Shown here piece by piece: positions 40,607 through 52,860 of a DNA stretch of 64,000 bases (positions are counted from its first letter, which is position 1; each line of letters begins with the position of its first letter). The stretch spans positions 1,116,001 through 1,180,000 of the forward strand of contig NEEC01000016.1 of the NCBI GenBank assembly GCA_002189035.1, written 5' to 3'. The position numbers and the translations under genes were made by a program. Source of the stretch: Utricularia gibba (lineage: Eukaryota; Plantae; Magnoliophyta). The notes beneath the pieces are model-generated. The model was not told the origin of the DNA. It did not search any database and saw nothing but the letters and a program-made list of their open reading frames with translations.

Positions 40607-42885
40607 GATGTTTCAGAGACTATAGCTTGTGGACCATTTTATACTGAGCCTAAGTGCACGGAGCATGGCACTCGTTTTTTTCATGGAGCCAACCTTTCAG
40701 AAAGAACCCTGGTCAAAACACGAGAGTATGCATTCCACCAGAACATCTTTTTTCCTTTTAAGCGGGGCGCACCCTAACAACGATCAACGCAATATCTCAA
40801 ACTATGGATTCCTTTTGGAGCTTCTGTTAATAGAAGAAGAGTTGCAGGGGTGAACCGCACACAAGAAGACCATTTAACACCACAGTGTGATGGAATCTTG
40901 ATAATCAAATTCATAAATATACAAAAAATGTGTATCACATTATATTAAAAAAACTCAAATCGATAATTCGATTGAAATGCTTAATAATCTGTTAGATTTA
41001 ATTTTTTATAATATGATATATGTTTCTTATATAATTGTGTTTCACGTGAATTTGTTTAATCCATTAGATAGTTAATTTCAATTTATGGTTTCCTGGTCCT
41101 TGGGGTCTTCTGGTGACATGATTTCCAAAAAATAGTTTTAGAATTCAGTTTGAAAACTAAAATGCCTTCTTGGTCACTCGTGGGAAATTTGTGGTTGTCC
41201 TCGCGAGCCACGCAGCCCACCGTGTCCATTTTTAGTGCTCATGCCCTTACCACGTTCATATGCATGATCGTTTTAAATACTTTATGACTATTAAAAAAAC
41301 ATTCTAAAAATATTTTTATTATAAAGTATAAAATGACTTGTCAAAAGGTATAATATTACATGAAAAGGTATATCAATTCTTTAAAAGCATAAAAAATCAA
41401 CAAAACCTAATACCACAAACGGCGTCGTACTGGATATTCGGTACGTGCGAATGTCCTAACTCTAACCATGGGGTTATTTCGTGTTGCGAGCCGGGGTTCC
41501 ACCTAATTAATCCTTGGCCGTTGGATCACATCTCAACGGTGGATCATTGAATCTTGGATGCTCGACGGCTCGGGGAACGTGACAAAAGTTGTTATAACAA
41601 CTGTACCTTCTTACCCAACATTGAAAGGAGAGTGTGAGAGCTGTCCGTGAGAGGGACGGAGGAGCAAACTCTTGCGAGTGGGCCGCTTGTTGGGCTTTCA
41701 CCAATACGGGCCTACATGAATGAAGTGGAGCCCATTAGACCCACGGTAGACACCCCTCCTGGCCCAGGAACACCCACCAACCATCCCTTTCGGTATTATT
41801 TTATTTTATTTTCTATTTCTTATTTTATTCTTGCAACGACACCCACATCATTTGCTACAAATGGATTTTTGTGTCTATTTGCATGCAATATTTTTTTCTA
41901 GTTTTTTATATTATAAATGAATATAACCCAAGTGAGGGAATTATATTCCTGAAAAAAATAATTACTTTAAATATTATTTTTTTATTTTAGTATATATTTA
42001 ATAAAAAAGTAGCTAATAAATTTTGTATAGAGAAATTATAAGAGCAACATTTCACATTTGTCAAAATCTTACAATATAGATCGAAGCAATGTTCAAAATT
42101 TTTTAAAATTGAGTTAGTTCACGGGACTATGAACCGATCATATTTTGAAACTCACCAAAATTTAGTACTACGGTTTGTCATATTCACGTTTGAAATTTGA
42201 TGAATCGAATGATATTCTTGTTAGTATTATATTGTATTTGCATCTCGTATGATTCAAAATGATAATAGGCACGTTTAATGCATCTTTATAATGACGTTAG
42301 AGTTAAAATTGATTAATTTTGATAATATTAAAGGTTAAATATATATTTTCATAAATTAGTAATTTATTACCTACCAAACTCCAACCATTTTGTAAATATG
42401 CGAAAGCTCAGGGGACCAAGGGGGGAATAAGTAGATTTAATTTTCCAAAATAAAATAATGATAGGATTTCTAAAAATTCTGCCCACTAGTATTGTCTTTA
42501 CATATAAAGTAAACCTGTGTAAGAAATGCAGTTGGGCGGGGGCGAGTCCAGTCTGGCACTTGCTGGCTGGAATCTATTTCCTGGTCCCACCAGCTCAATA
42601 CGCGTACTAATACATTTATTTATTTATTTATTTTATGCGGGTTTTTTTTTTCTAAAAATGAAGTAATTTTATCTTGTAATATCATGTGATATGAAGGAAT
42701 GATCCTGTTGCATAAATGGGATGGGATGAAATTAAATAAAAGGATAATATAAAATGAGGTTCTACAAATAAAAATCAAATACACAACAAATGGACAGGGG
42801 TACGGCGAAGTAGAAACGGTCGAATCTCATCCGTCCAAACGAAAGGAGCCAAGGTGTGCACATCCACCGTCCACGTGGGGGGCTC

Positions 42886-43308
42886 CTACATCAACGCCGC
42901 GGCTACCACCGCCACCGCCAGGGCGGCACCGCCAACGCTACCCCGTACGAGGAAGCCACCGGATGGAGTCTGATCAGCGGGGGCGCCAGGAGCGCCTGCA
43001 GGGCTGGATGTGCTGGGGGCAGGTGACGTCGTCGGGACTCCCGACGACGGCGCCGGAGCAGGGCCCGGGGTGGCGACGGGAGCCGGAGACGGAGACGGAG
43101 ACAGCACCGGAGAAGGAGAAGGAGACGGAGACGTCGGTGCAGGCGCTGGAGGCAAGACAGGCGCCGGCGTAGGCGCGGCGGTGGGCGACACCGTAGGCGT
43201 GGCTGCCGGAGAAACCGTCGGCGCTGCGGAGGGTGCCTGTGCCGCACAGGAAGCGGCGAAGACGACCAGGAAAAGAGCTACGTGAAAGGCCATTGGAGAA
43301 GACGCCAT
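42886..43308 (-). CDS. Classical arabinogalactan protein (signal peptide, PAST-rich core, GPI signal)
   Basis: MASSPMAFHVALFLVVFAASCAAQAPSAAPT.. with many AP/SP/TP dipeptides and a hydrophobic C-terminal GPI-anchor-like signal (SGGFLVRGSVGGAALAVAVVAAALM). Intronless. Confidence 0.9.
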   Translation of the reverse strand: MASSPMAFHVALFLVVFAASCAAQAPSAAPTVSPAATPTVSPTAAPTPAPVLPPAPAPTSPSPSPSPVLSPSPSPAPVATPGPAPAPSSGVPTTSPAPSTSSPAGAPGAPADQTPSGGFLVRGSVGGAALAVAVVAAALM

Positions 43309-45260
43309 TTTTGGAGCTGGAAGAAGAGATTCGGCGCAAGGAAAGCCGAGACCTTTTTTGTTGAAGACGATGAGTGAATTATGAAGCGGGGGCACCTTTT
43401 TATATCAAACACCGTAAAGAAGAAAACAGTGGGTTCTGATCTGGTGCCTGGGGCCCACCATATGCTCCTTGCCTTCCCTTATTCCATTTCGATTACACCT
43501 ATTTTTTCCCCTTAATTTCCGGATTATATTTGAATATTTAAATTATTTATCAAATATATTATAATATTTAAAATTTTTATTTTGTCTAATAAATCTATTT
43601 ACAGAAAAAACCTAAAAATTATTTGATTAAAAAATCACAAATAAATAATTAATTCGAAAACCTAAAACGATATTCCATATTGATTATGATTTATAAAAAG
43701 GTAAGAGATTTGATTAAATAATGATATACTACTAATGTTGTATCAAGCCAAGTATATAACATAAAACCATGAAAATTGAATACGAACAATATCATATATG
43801 GCGAATATTGGCTATTACATTTGACATCATAGTGTCAACTAAGGGACAAACATATGTATTGAAATATATATATATATGCAAATATAGTAAAAAAAAAGTG
43901 TCTAATCAAAATTGCAGCAATGGCATGTGTGAAGTGGTGAGCAATAGGGGGTTGATGACAACCCGAACGTGGGCCCGTTCGATATGATGACACAAGGGGC
44001 ATTGCCTAGTCAATAACGAGAAAATTATAGTTTCCATTTTTTAATCATTTTTTTGAAATGATTAATATCAAGTATTAGGGACAAACATTAATATTGCATC
44101 GTTTGTTGCACATTATTGGAGTCTTGGTCTTAATGCATAGGGTATGACGTCCTTATCCTTGTCACAGCTGTCGATGTGTTCATTTTTGACATGGTCATTG
44201 ACATTTGGCACCCCTTACTTGAGCTGGTCACCAATTTTATTAATTAATTATTTGGTAAGTTGATTGATTGGTTTTTTGGGTGTACAGAACACACCATGCG
44301 TCCAACGTGGCACAATGCTGGATCTTGGGCCGGGGAGAAGCCCAATCCTAGATTCTCTTACAAGTTACAAACTGTCTTTCCTCCCAACAGTTATTACAAG
44401 TTGCATTCTCAATTATTTGGAATCCAAGGGCAAATATTGAGCCAAAAATATTACATATAGAACGACTATTTTTTCCACATGGTTACTGATGTGTGGCCAC
44501 TTTTGTAATATAACAACAATGGTTGTGGTTTGAGAGGGGCTCATTTAGAAAAATTCACTCTTTCAGACACTAGACAAAAAATTTATATGTAAATTGATCA
44601 TTTTTTTTCATATATTTTTTGATTTATGGCCAATTTTCTAATTCATCTATTGGGAGGTGATCGAAAGTCAAAAAGTTTATAAAAATTATTTTATATGTTG
44701 TAGTTTAGTTATTCAGAATCGAAAAATACTGAATGGTGCAATATTAATTATTTGAATTATTTGAAAATATGTAATTTATAAACTATCAATAGATACCAAT
44801 ATATTTTATGATTCAAATCGTTAAAAATGTATGATTTATCTCTCCAATATTTTGAACAATGGTATGAAATAGATATTATTGAAATTTTATGTTCAAACTA
44901 GTTTTTTCTAGTTTTTTTTATCAAAAAATAAAAAAATATTTATTGATAAAAGAATATTACAAAATAAAAGTATGTTTGATAGCATAATTTAATTAATGAT
45001 ATATTTAAATTCTTTATGATGATAATTAAAAATATATAGTATTTAATATATGTATTTTTTAAAAAAAAAAAAAGAGTTATTTGTGCAATTTTCAAATTAT
45101 TTATATTTTAGAGAATAAAAATACTACAGTGCTGATTTGTTTTGCTTTCCAATTGTGTAGTCGGGAAAGGAAATTCAAGCGTGTAGGGTTCAGCATCAAG
45201 ATGGGAAGCATTAGTCTGTGGACACTCGTCTTCATCGACGCCTTTGCATTACGCAGCGTT

Positions 45261-45345
45261 TGCATGCAGCTGAACCACGCGCCGCCACGTGCTGAAGGCT
45301 AAGATCTTTCACCTCCCCAACTAAAAACCTCTTCGTCTATAAGTA
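45261..45345 (+). promoter_or_regulatory. ABRE/G-box, RY-like element and TATA box upstream of the glycine-rich protein gene
   Basis: TGCATGCA at 45261-45268, GCCACGTG at 45284-45291 (ABRE CACGTGGC on the minus strand), TATAA at 45338-45342, ATG at 45393. A further ACGTGGC lies at 44305-44311. Confidence 0.55.
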
Positions 45346-45392
45346 TCCATTCATGTACTGAATTGTAATGCACTCTGATTGTTGTAAAGGAA

Positions 45393-46208
45393 ATGGAGGC
45401 GAAAATACTACTGTTTCTCGTTTGGTTGGCTCTCGTAGCTTCCACGGTTACCGCCGTGGAAGCTCCCGCAAACGAGAAGAAGCAGGCAGCTGCCCAACGT
45501 GGAAAACCCGGTTTGTTGAATTTCATTCAATTTTGTTTTTTATTTTAACGCTTATATTGAGTGTTTGTGGATTGAAGAAACTGAGATGAAGCATGATGCC
45601 GGCGGCTGTGGTGGTTACGATGGCGGAAAAGGCGACGGCCATGGTGGTTGCGGTGTTGAAGGGAAAGGTGGTGGTTACGACGGCGGCAAAGGCTACGGTT
45701 ATGGTTACGGTGGCGGCGGCGGCGGCGGCGGAGGTGGTGGTGGTTACGATGGCGGGAAAGGGCGTTGTGGAGGAAAAGGCGACAGTTGTGGTGGTGGCGG
45801 TGATGAAGGGAAAGGTGGTGGTTACGACGGCGGCAAAGGCTACGGTTACGGTTACGGTAGCGGTGGCGGCGGCGGAGGTGGCGGTGGTTGGGGCGGATGG
45901 GGTGGGGGTGGAGGTGGAGGCGGAGGCGGTGGAGGAGGGAAAGGAGGTGGTTGCGGTGGGAAATGGCCTTGCTCTCAGAAGAAGGAACTGATCAAAGACG
46001 AAGCAGCGAATCCAGGTCTCCAACTTTTTATTTTTCTCTTGCTTTTATTTGTATTCTTCATGCAGTACTTTTCGAGCGGAATTCAGGCATCAATATACTA
46101 CAAATGCACCATTGAGAAATAGGGCTGAATGCAGGAGGAAATGAGGTCAGGGTTGATGCTTCTCCGGGCAGTAGCAACGGCCGTGGTCACGGCGGCCGGG
46201 AATGGTGA
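45393..46208 (+). CDS. Secreted glycine-rich protein (three exons)
   Basis: Exon 1 signal peptide MEAKILLFLVWLALVASTVTA. Exon 2 (from ~45578) has GGYDGGKG(Y)GYGYG and poly-Gly repeats up to donor ~46016. Exon 3 GGNEVRVDASPGSSNGRGHGGREW*. Boundaries of the last exon are predicted by hand. Confidence 0.8.
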
Positions 46209-47060
46209 GCTTGCTCATGCCAAGGGCAGTGAACCCGCAGTCAAGAACTGAACCAGCACCAAGCACCCGGAAATACCAATTTATAATATTAATATTGAAA
46301 TTCCAATTATAATACTATACATTAATCTACAAATTATGCCGTCTTTTATTTTCTAATCATAAATACAATGCTTTAAAAGTCTAAAGAAATTGCAATAGGC
46401 ATCTCCAAAATCATTACTTTCGCCAAAGTAGGTGGAAATATTTTAGGTAAATCCCATGTCAAATATAGATGTGGTAGAGTAACAATGCATATATGTAACT
46501 TTCTTAATTTATATGAGGTTTTTTTTTCAAAAAGATAAAACATCAAAATGTAAAAATTAGGTGTGCAAAGCGAATAATATTTTGTAAGAGAAAAATAAAT
46601 CATTACATTTGATATTAGAGTCAAACCCAAAATAGTAACCCATTTGATATAGCAAATTTTAGCTAGGTGTGAGTTTTCAAGGGAGGACATAATGATATAG
46701 CTTATAAAAGATGATATTATCTTAGGCAAATCTTACCTCGGTTATGAATTAGTTAGAAATACGATTTATATAAAAAGAACTTCTCTAATCTTCTTTTCCA
46801 TACAACCGAAAAACTTAAACCCCAAACGGAGAATATGGTGTTAGTATAGGTTAGTTCGTTAAATTTAAAGGACTATATTCTCAACCGAATAGGCATTCAC
46901 ACGATCAGGTTAAGGTGGCAGGGGGGAAGAAGACAAGAAAAGCCCACTCCCATGACCTGAGCAACCGTGTCCACTTGTGCCGCGACTCGTTTTTATAATG
47001 CGGTGTCCGAAGTGTCTATTTTCATAGCTATACGCGCAACAAGCAGGAGAAGAAGAAGAG

Positions 47061-47432
47061 ATGAGGCTAGTGGTTGCATTTGCTTTCTTGGCATTTTTCC
47101 TTGCTCCGGTTCTCCGTGTTACAGGTCGCGGTATCCAACTCGCCGGCGACGACTCTGAACATGGCGGCGCATCCGTTGGGAGTTCCCTTTGCGGCGATAA
47201 AGGGAAGGATGAATCTTGCGGTGGAGAGGAATCCCACCAGAAGGGCTACTTCGTCGGGTACAGTCACAAAGGGGTGAGCGGCGGAGGAGACGTTTGCAAG
47301 TGGGGATGCTGCACGGAGGCCTTCGGGTACAGCCACCTCGGCGGCGGTTACTACGGCTGCACTTGCTGCGCCACCGCCGCCGAGGCCGATGCATACAAGA
47401 AAACTCAGGCCAAAGAAGCTATCAAGACCTAA
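47061..47432 (+). CDS. Secreted glycine-rich protein with Cys-rich C-terminal domain (GRP3/nodulin-like class)
   Basis: Signal peptide MRLVVAFAFLAFFLAPVLRVTG, short Gly-rich region, then CKWGCC...GGGYYGCTCCATAAEA, the typical class II GRP Cys pattern. Intronless. Confidence 0.85.
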   Translation: MRLVVAFAFLAFFLAPVLRVTGRGIQLAGDDSEHGGASVGSSLCGDKGKDESCGGEESHQKGYFVGYSHKGVSGGGDVCKWGCCTEAFGYSHLGGGYYGCTCCATAAEADAYKKTQAKEAIKT

Positions 47433-48223
47433 ATGTTCTCCCACCAGTCCATGCATGAGTCGTGCCTGTTGCCATTGTCTTGTGAATGAATAAAATTTCG
47501 TTGTGTTGGATTTAAAAAAAAATTATACAAGAAAAAATTGTCACAAAAATAAATATAAATTCGATTTGATGGGCCCTTAGGCCCAATATAGGCATGTGGT
47601 GGGCTTGGGCGTAGCCCACGCGTTACACACCCTCCTGCTCTTTGGTTCGTGTTTTTTTTTTAATTGTATTTACCTCTCTGATCTGATTCGTTGAACAATT
47701 CATCACGAAGCCGGAGCTTTGGTTTGGGCGGCTCCAAAATTGGGTCGCCACGGCGGACCCCGATGTATCCTTTTTTTCTTTCTTGGATGGCTGATACCTC
47801 GCTTCCGAAGCGGCAGGTTGGTACCTAGTGCACATTGAAAAAAAGCGGTGTTGAATTGTTGTTCCGTGCATTGTGTGATGTTTGATGTAAATCACTTATG
47901 TTGTTCTCAAATTTTCCACTCAAAGGCCCTGTCACTAGAAGGTTCACAGGCAGGTTGCGTGGTTTTCTTCTTGTTGGAATTTGAAAGGCTTCTCTGCGAT
48001 TTAGCTCCGATCAATCCCCAGTCCTTCATGATACCGTTTTGCTGATTGGTCTGGTTTTATAAAGATTGGATTGCCTTTTTGAAATGCAGTCATTTGAAAC
48101 CAGTTTTTATCTCCATTTGAACTTACAAGGTGATCCTTTTCGTTGACTGTAGATTGGACGGTCCATCAGCTGATGATATGGTCATTCGGGTTTCACTGTT
48201 GCGGATTATTTAATTTTCGAGCA

Positions 48224-49889
48224 ATGCTGGAAATGAATTTTCAGCATCTGTTAGTGTTTTCAGCTGTCTTTCGAGTAGCTTTGATTTTTTATGGAGATTG
48301 GCAGGATTCTCGTATGGAGGTGAAATACACTGATGTCGATTACTTTGTGTTTTCTGATGCTTCAAGTTTGATGTTATCTGGTAAATCACCATACGATAGA
48401 GCAACTTATCGGTACTCACCGGTAATAGCTTTTATTCTGATTCCGAATTCATTATTTCACAAGTCGTGGGGAAAGGTTCTTTTTTCAGCGGCAGGTAAAG
48501 ACAATGGCTACTCCCCTTAAAATTTACAGCTTCTAGAACAAAGCTGCGTTTGTGATGCTATGCTGTGACATAGAATGATTATACCTGAAATTTACTCGGC
48601 AGATCTGCTCGTTGGGTTGCTCATCCACAGAATTCTAATGTTAAGAGGAGTCCCTGAGAAGCTAGGGAGTTGGTCTGCAGCTGTCTGGCTATTCAACCCG
48701 TTCACTTTCACCATCGGAACTCGTGGAAACTGTGAACCTGTTGTCTGCTCTATTATTCTTTGGATATTATTATGCCTGATGAATGGTAGAGTTTCTGCAC
48801 ATCCTTTGCTTATAAGATGCCTAGCTATATTCTGAGTTTACATTTTCTGGCTGACTTGCTGTTTGAGCATGCTTTACTTTGGAAGTAAAACTAGTTTGTA
48901 GCCTGCTCACATGCTTTTCCTGCCTTAGAGCTTAAGAATAAATCTTCCTCTTTCATTTAACTGCAGATAATTTATTACAGGCTGCGATTTGGTATGGACT
49001 TGTTGTTCACCTGAGAATATATCCAATAATCTATGCTCTTCCCATCATTTTACTCCTCGATCCAGTGTATTTTCAAAGTGGGAAGAAGCCTTTGCTGTCC
49101 AACTGGAGTTCTAGGGGATCCAAATCGATCCCAGGGAAACCAAGCAGCCCAAAGATCTCCGCCGCATCCTACATTTGGATCTTGTTCAAAAACTTGTTCA
49201 CTTGGAGAAGAGTGATGTTTGCAGTCGTTTCAGGATCCACTTTCCTCATCTTGACAGGGGTGTGCTTCGCTTTATATGGATGGGATTTCCTGCACGAAGC
49301 ACTTCTCTACCATGTTACCCGTACGGACCCCCGCCACAACTTCTCCATATATTTCTACCATATATACCTTCACTATGAGCATGAACTGTCAATCCCAGAA
49401 AAGCTCATCGCTTTTCTGCCTCAGCTCATCGTCCAGCTCGTCGTGATACTCCAGTTTGCCCGCGACTTGCCTCTCTGCCTCTTCCTCCAGACACTTGCAT
49501 TTGTTGCATTCAACAAGGTCAGTGACTTTACATTCACATGCCTTAATGATGTCTTCATTGCACCCCACATTGGCCGATGCTCGCAGGTCATAACAGCGCA
49601 GTATTTCGTGTGGTTCTTCTGCCTGCTCCCTCTGATCCTCCCGTGGAGCAAGATGAAGCTGAAATGGAGGGGATTCGCCTGCGCCGTCGCGTGGATCGGA
49701 GCCCAGATGCACTGGCTGCTGTGGGGCTACCTGCTGGAGTTCCGGGGCAAGAACGTCTTCTTCCAGCTCTGGGTTGCCAGCCTACTCTTCTTGGCGGCGA
49801 ACACCTTCGTTATCAGCAGCGTCATCCGCTACCACTCCCGGTGCCCTCTGTTCGAACCAACTTCAACTGCCCGGACAAAATATGACTAA
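48224..49889 (+). CDS. PNT1: GPI mannosyltransferase 1 (PIG-M / PEANUT1)
   Basis: [138 protein letters not shown]. Confidence 0.95.
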
Positions 49890-50613
49890 GTTGACTTGCG
49901 TTGTTCGAAGGTTTCCCCTTTTTTGAATTCTAGATGTCTTTAGTGAAGTGAATTCAATTAGTTTAACCGTAAGTCTTTGTTTTTTTAATTAATTTAGATT
50001 TTCATGAGTTTAGATTATTTGATTTTAGACGAGTTCAAATATATAATTATAAAAATATTCATATCCTCTTTAGATATACATACCAAATTGATATAATTAT
50101 ATTTAAATATCGAATAACATAATTTTATTAAATACATTATAAATCAACCTTAATACTTTTTAACAATATGATTTTATTAAATTCATTATAAACCAATTTT
50201 AATACTTTCTTATCAAATAAGGCATAAATCCTAAAACCATCCCCAAATTGAAGTCAATATTTATTTTGGGTTTGGTAATAAATTTTATGGGATTTTTTTA
50301 TAATGACTTGCATTAATTGAAATAATTATTTTAAAAATATTATTTAAATAAGTTGAAATCATTTTTTTAATTTAATAAATTAAATAGTTTAAAAAAATGG
50401 GATCCCTATTTTGAGAAAAGGGTCTACTGATTTTACTAGAAACCCCCATTTCACATCGCCCTTGAGGGCTGGGTTCATTCCAATGTTTCAACCGCCTCTC
50501 CTCTCTCTCTATCTATCTCTCTTTTCTCTGGCTTTACCCTCATCGATGTGGTTCCTCGTTAGTTCTTGATTCATGGGCACCTTCCCTACAAAAGAAAAAA
50601 CGAAAATGAAACG

Positions 50614-50760
50614 ATGGGAAGAGATGAGGAGGCTTGACAACCTGAGTGCACGCCAGGTAATGTCTTTTCAAACAGAAGACAAGGCTTGACCTCAGCAAGA
50701 AGGGTAAGGAGCTCTCAGTTCCTGGCGAATCTGGAAGCTCTCTCATTTCTCTACGTTCAG
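50614..50760 (+). pseudogene. MADS-box exon remnant (array unit A)
   Basis: ATGGGAAGAG.. followed in shifting frames by [37 protein letters not shown] and a CAG|GT donor at 50760. It has multiple indels and an early stop. Confidence 0.8.
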
Positions 50761-51289
50761 GTTCTCTGCTCCTTGCTTCTTTGTTGTTTCAACGGGAAAC
50801 CCATCTTAGATCTAATCTGATTCTCCAAGCAATGAAAACTTCATTTCTCCATCTGAGTTCTGCTTTTGAAAAGGAGGAGGGGGGTTTTCTTTTTGACACA
50901 AACAACGCTTACGACCGTACAGCCATTCCTCTGGGGAGTGTGCCTCCCCCGCTCCCGCTGTGTAAAGTGGTCTCCTTAGCCTGCTACATATCCAGACTAT
51001 GCTTCGCGCAGTGGCAACCATTGATGCGTCCGTACATCCCTTACGTGTGCTCTCAACGGTGGCAATGGACAGACTTCCTCACTCCGGTCCGGTCCGGGCC
51101 GTTTCGGTCTGGTTAAAAGGAAAAACTGATTAACAAAAAAAACCTATTTTAAAATCAGGTATTGTTTATTTTAAACTGAAGTTAGTTAGGATTCTTTTTT
51201 TCTTCCTGTCTGAAAAACGGCTTCCGCTTTTAGCAACCTCCTTCTTGTTTCATTTCAATCAGTGCAGTCTTTTTTCAAGCATTTTTGAC

Positions 51290-51438
51290 AACACAGGAAA
51301 TTTCAGCGCTCGGCAGGCAGCTTTTTCAAAGAGAAGAAAAGGGCTTATCTGGGAAGCTAAGGAGGTCTCGGTCGTGCGGTACCCAGAAACTGCTCTCGTA
51401 AGCGCACGGGGAATGCTCTTACATTTCTCCAGCTCCAG
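51290..51438 (+). pseudogene. MADS-box exon remnant (array unit B)
   Basis: [47 protein letters not shown]|GT. There is no start codon, an internal deletion, many substitutions at invariant MADS residues, and no recognisable K-box exons downstream. Confidence 0.8.
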
Positions 51439-52860
51439 GTTCTATCCTTTTCTTTAATCTGAGCTCGGTTTGCTGTTTTTTTATGCAAATGTTGACTTCA
51501 CATCACTGTGATAAAAGGGTTTTGTGGCAAGAATCTTGGACCATCATATGAAGATGTTATTTTCTCCTCACCCCTTTTGGGAAGAAATTTTAGGGATCTG
51601 AGAGTGTAGCAAATGTTCATCTGTTCCGTATAGTCGCTTCCTAGAACTAATCAGTAATTGATATTTCTGGGATTGGAGGTTTAATCAATCAAATGATTTC
51701 GTTGCTTATGCAATGGCTGCCTAATTAATCCCACCATGTTCCTTGATTACACTTGAATGCAAGCATCCACGAATTGCTGTTTACAGTAGCTTGTAACTCG
51801 TTGATGGCATTACTAAAGACTAGAAGATAAGCTACGTTGTAATGATATGATTAGAGCATAATGATGAAAAGTGGTGTCTTAATCTTAGTTTGTTTTTATC
51901 GAATCAGGCAGTACTTCGAGTAAGCTAAACTCGAGCATCTTGGATTCCTTTTTCAGAAGTCCATGCTGAAAAACTCGACCGGGCAATTACTTAGAAGGAC
52001 ATTTTGTGCTACAGCCCTTCATATCTGATAGAAAAGGATCCCATGATCCTGAACCGATCTTACCTGGGATCGCAAATCCCATGTTTGTCTATGAAGAGAG
52101 GATATGTTTTTTGTCTGAAGGATGAATGGTATGATCCTCAGAGGTATAACATGCAGTCCAAGCGCCCCAAGAAGATGGGGTCTGCTAGAAAATCCTGATT
52201 AAAGTTAGCATTATCCCAGCTTCACGTACACTGGTTGTACTCATACCCAACTTGAGCTTGAGTTAGTAGCAGCAGCATCACCATGTGCCCAAGAACGAGG
52301 AGTGGCGGCTGTTTGAAACCAGTGGACTGCCCACATCAAGTGCAGAAGTGGTGGTAGGGATGATGCATCAATGTGGTATACCTACTATCAATGAAAAAAA
52401 CAACACTCTTATTACAGTTTACAAATGTGCATGTGGTTTGTCCTGATAAACCATAGAAACATAGTGGCCGAATTCAAGGACCCTGATAGCTGTTAAATTG
52501 TAGAATGCAGAATGCCTGCACAATAAACAACAGCCTATTTTCTAAAGCTTGTTCTTCATCATTACTGTTTTGAATGACCAAAATGGTTTCTTAATCAATG
52601 AGATGCATGTCGGTGCACGGGAAATCGGGATAAAATTGGTCCAAATCGGGTAAAGCGTTGGTTAACTTGGTAACGAATGAATCGTTTTTAGATATCTGTG
52701 GAATCACACGGATGTGATCCATGGACGACAGCAGCCTGGACCACTGACAAAGCCTCTTTCTTTTCGTCTATTCTTCTCATTTTAGTTCATTTCAGCGAAA
52801 CCCCAGGTCAAATATTCGAACCCTTCTCTTCCTGTGGCTGAATTCTCTCAGTCCGTAAAA

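Noticed and set aside
42903-43339. Several overlapping alternative-frame and antisense ORFs over the AGP gene (likewise over the GRP genes at 45523-46115 and 47067-47458)
   Set aside because: These are expected shadows of GC-rich, low-complexity coding sequence that lacks stop codons in other frames.
49519-49587. 23 extra residues in the PIG-M ORF-track translation
   Set aside because: It is a 69-nt in-frame GT-AG intron. The conserved AFNK-VITAQYF junction is restored by splicing.
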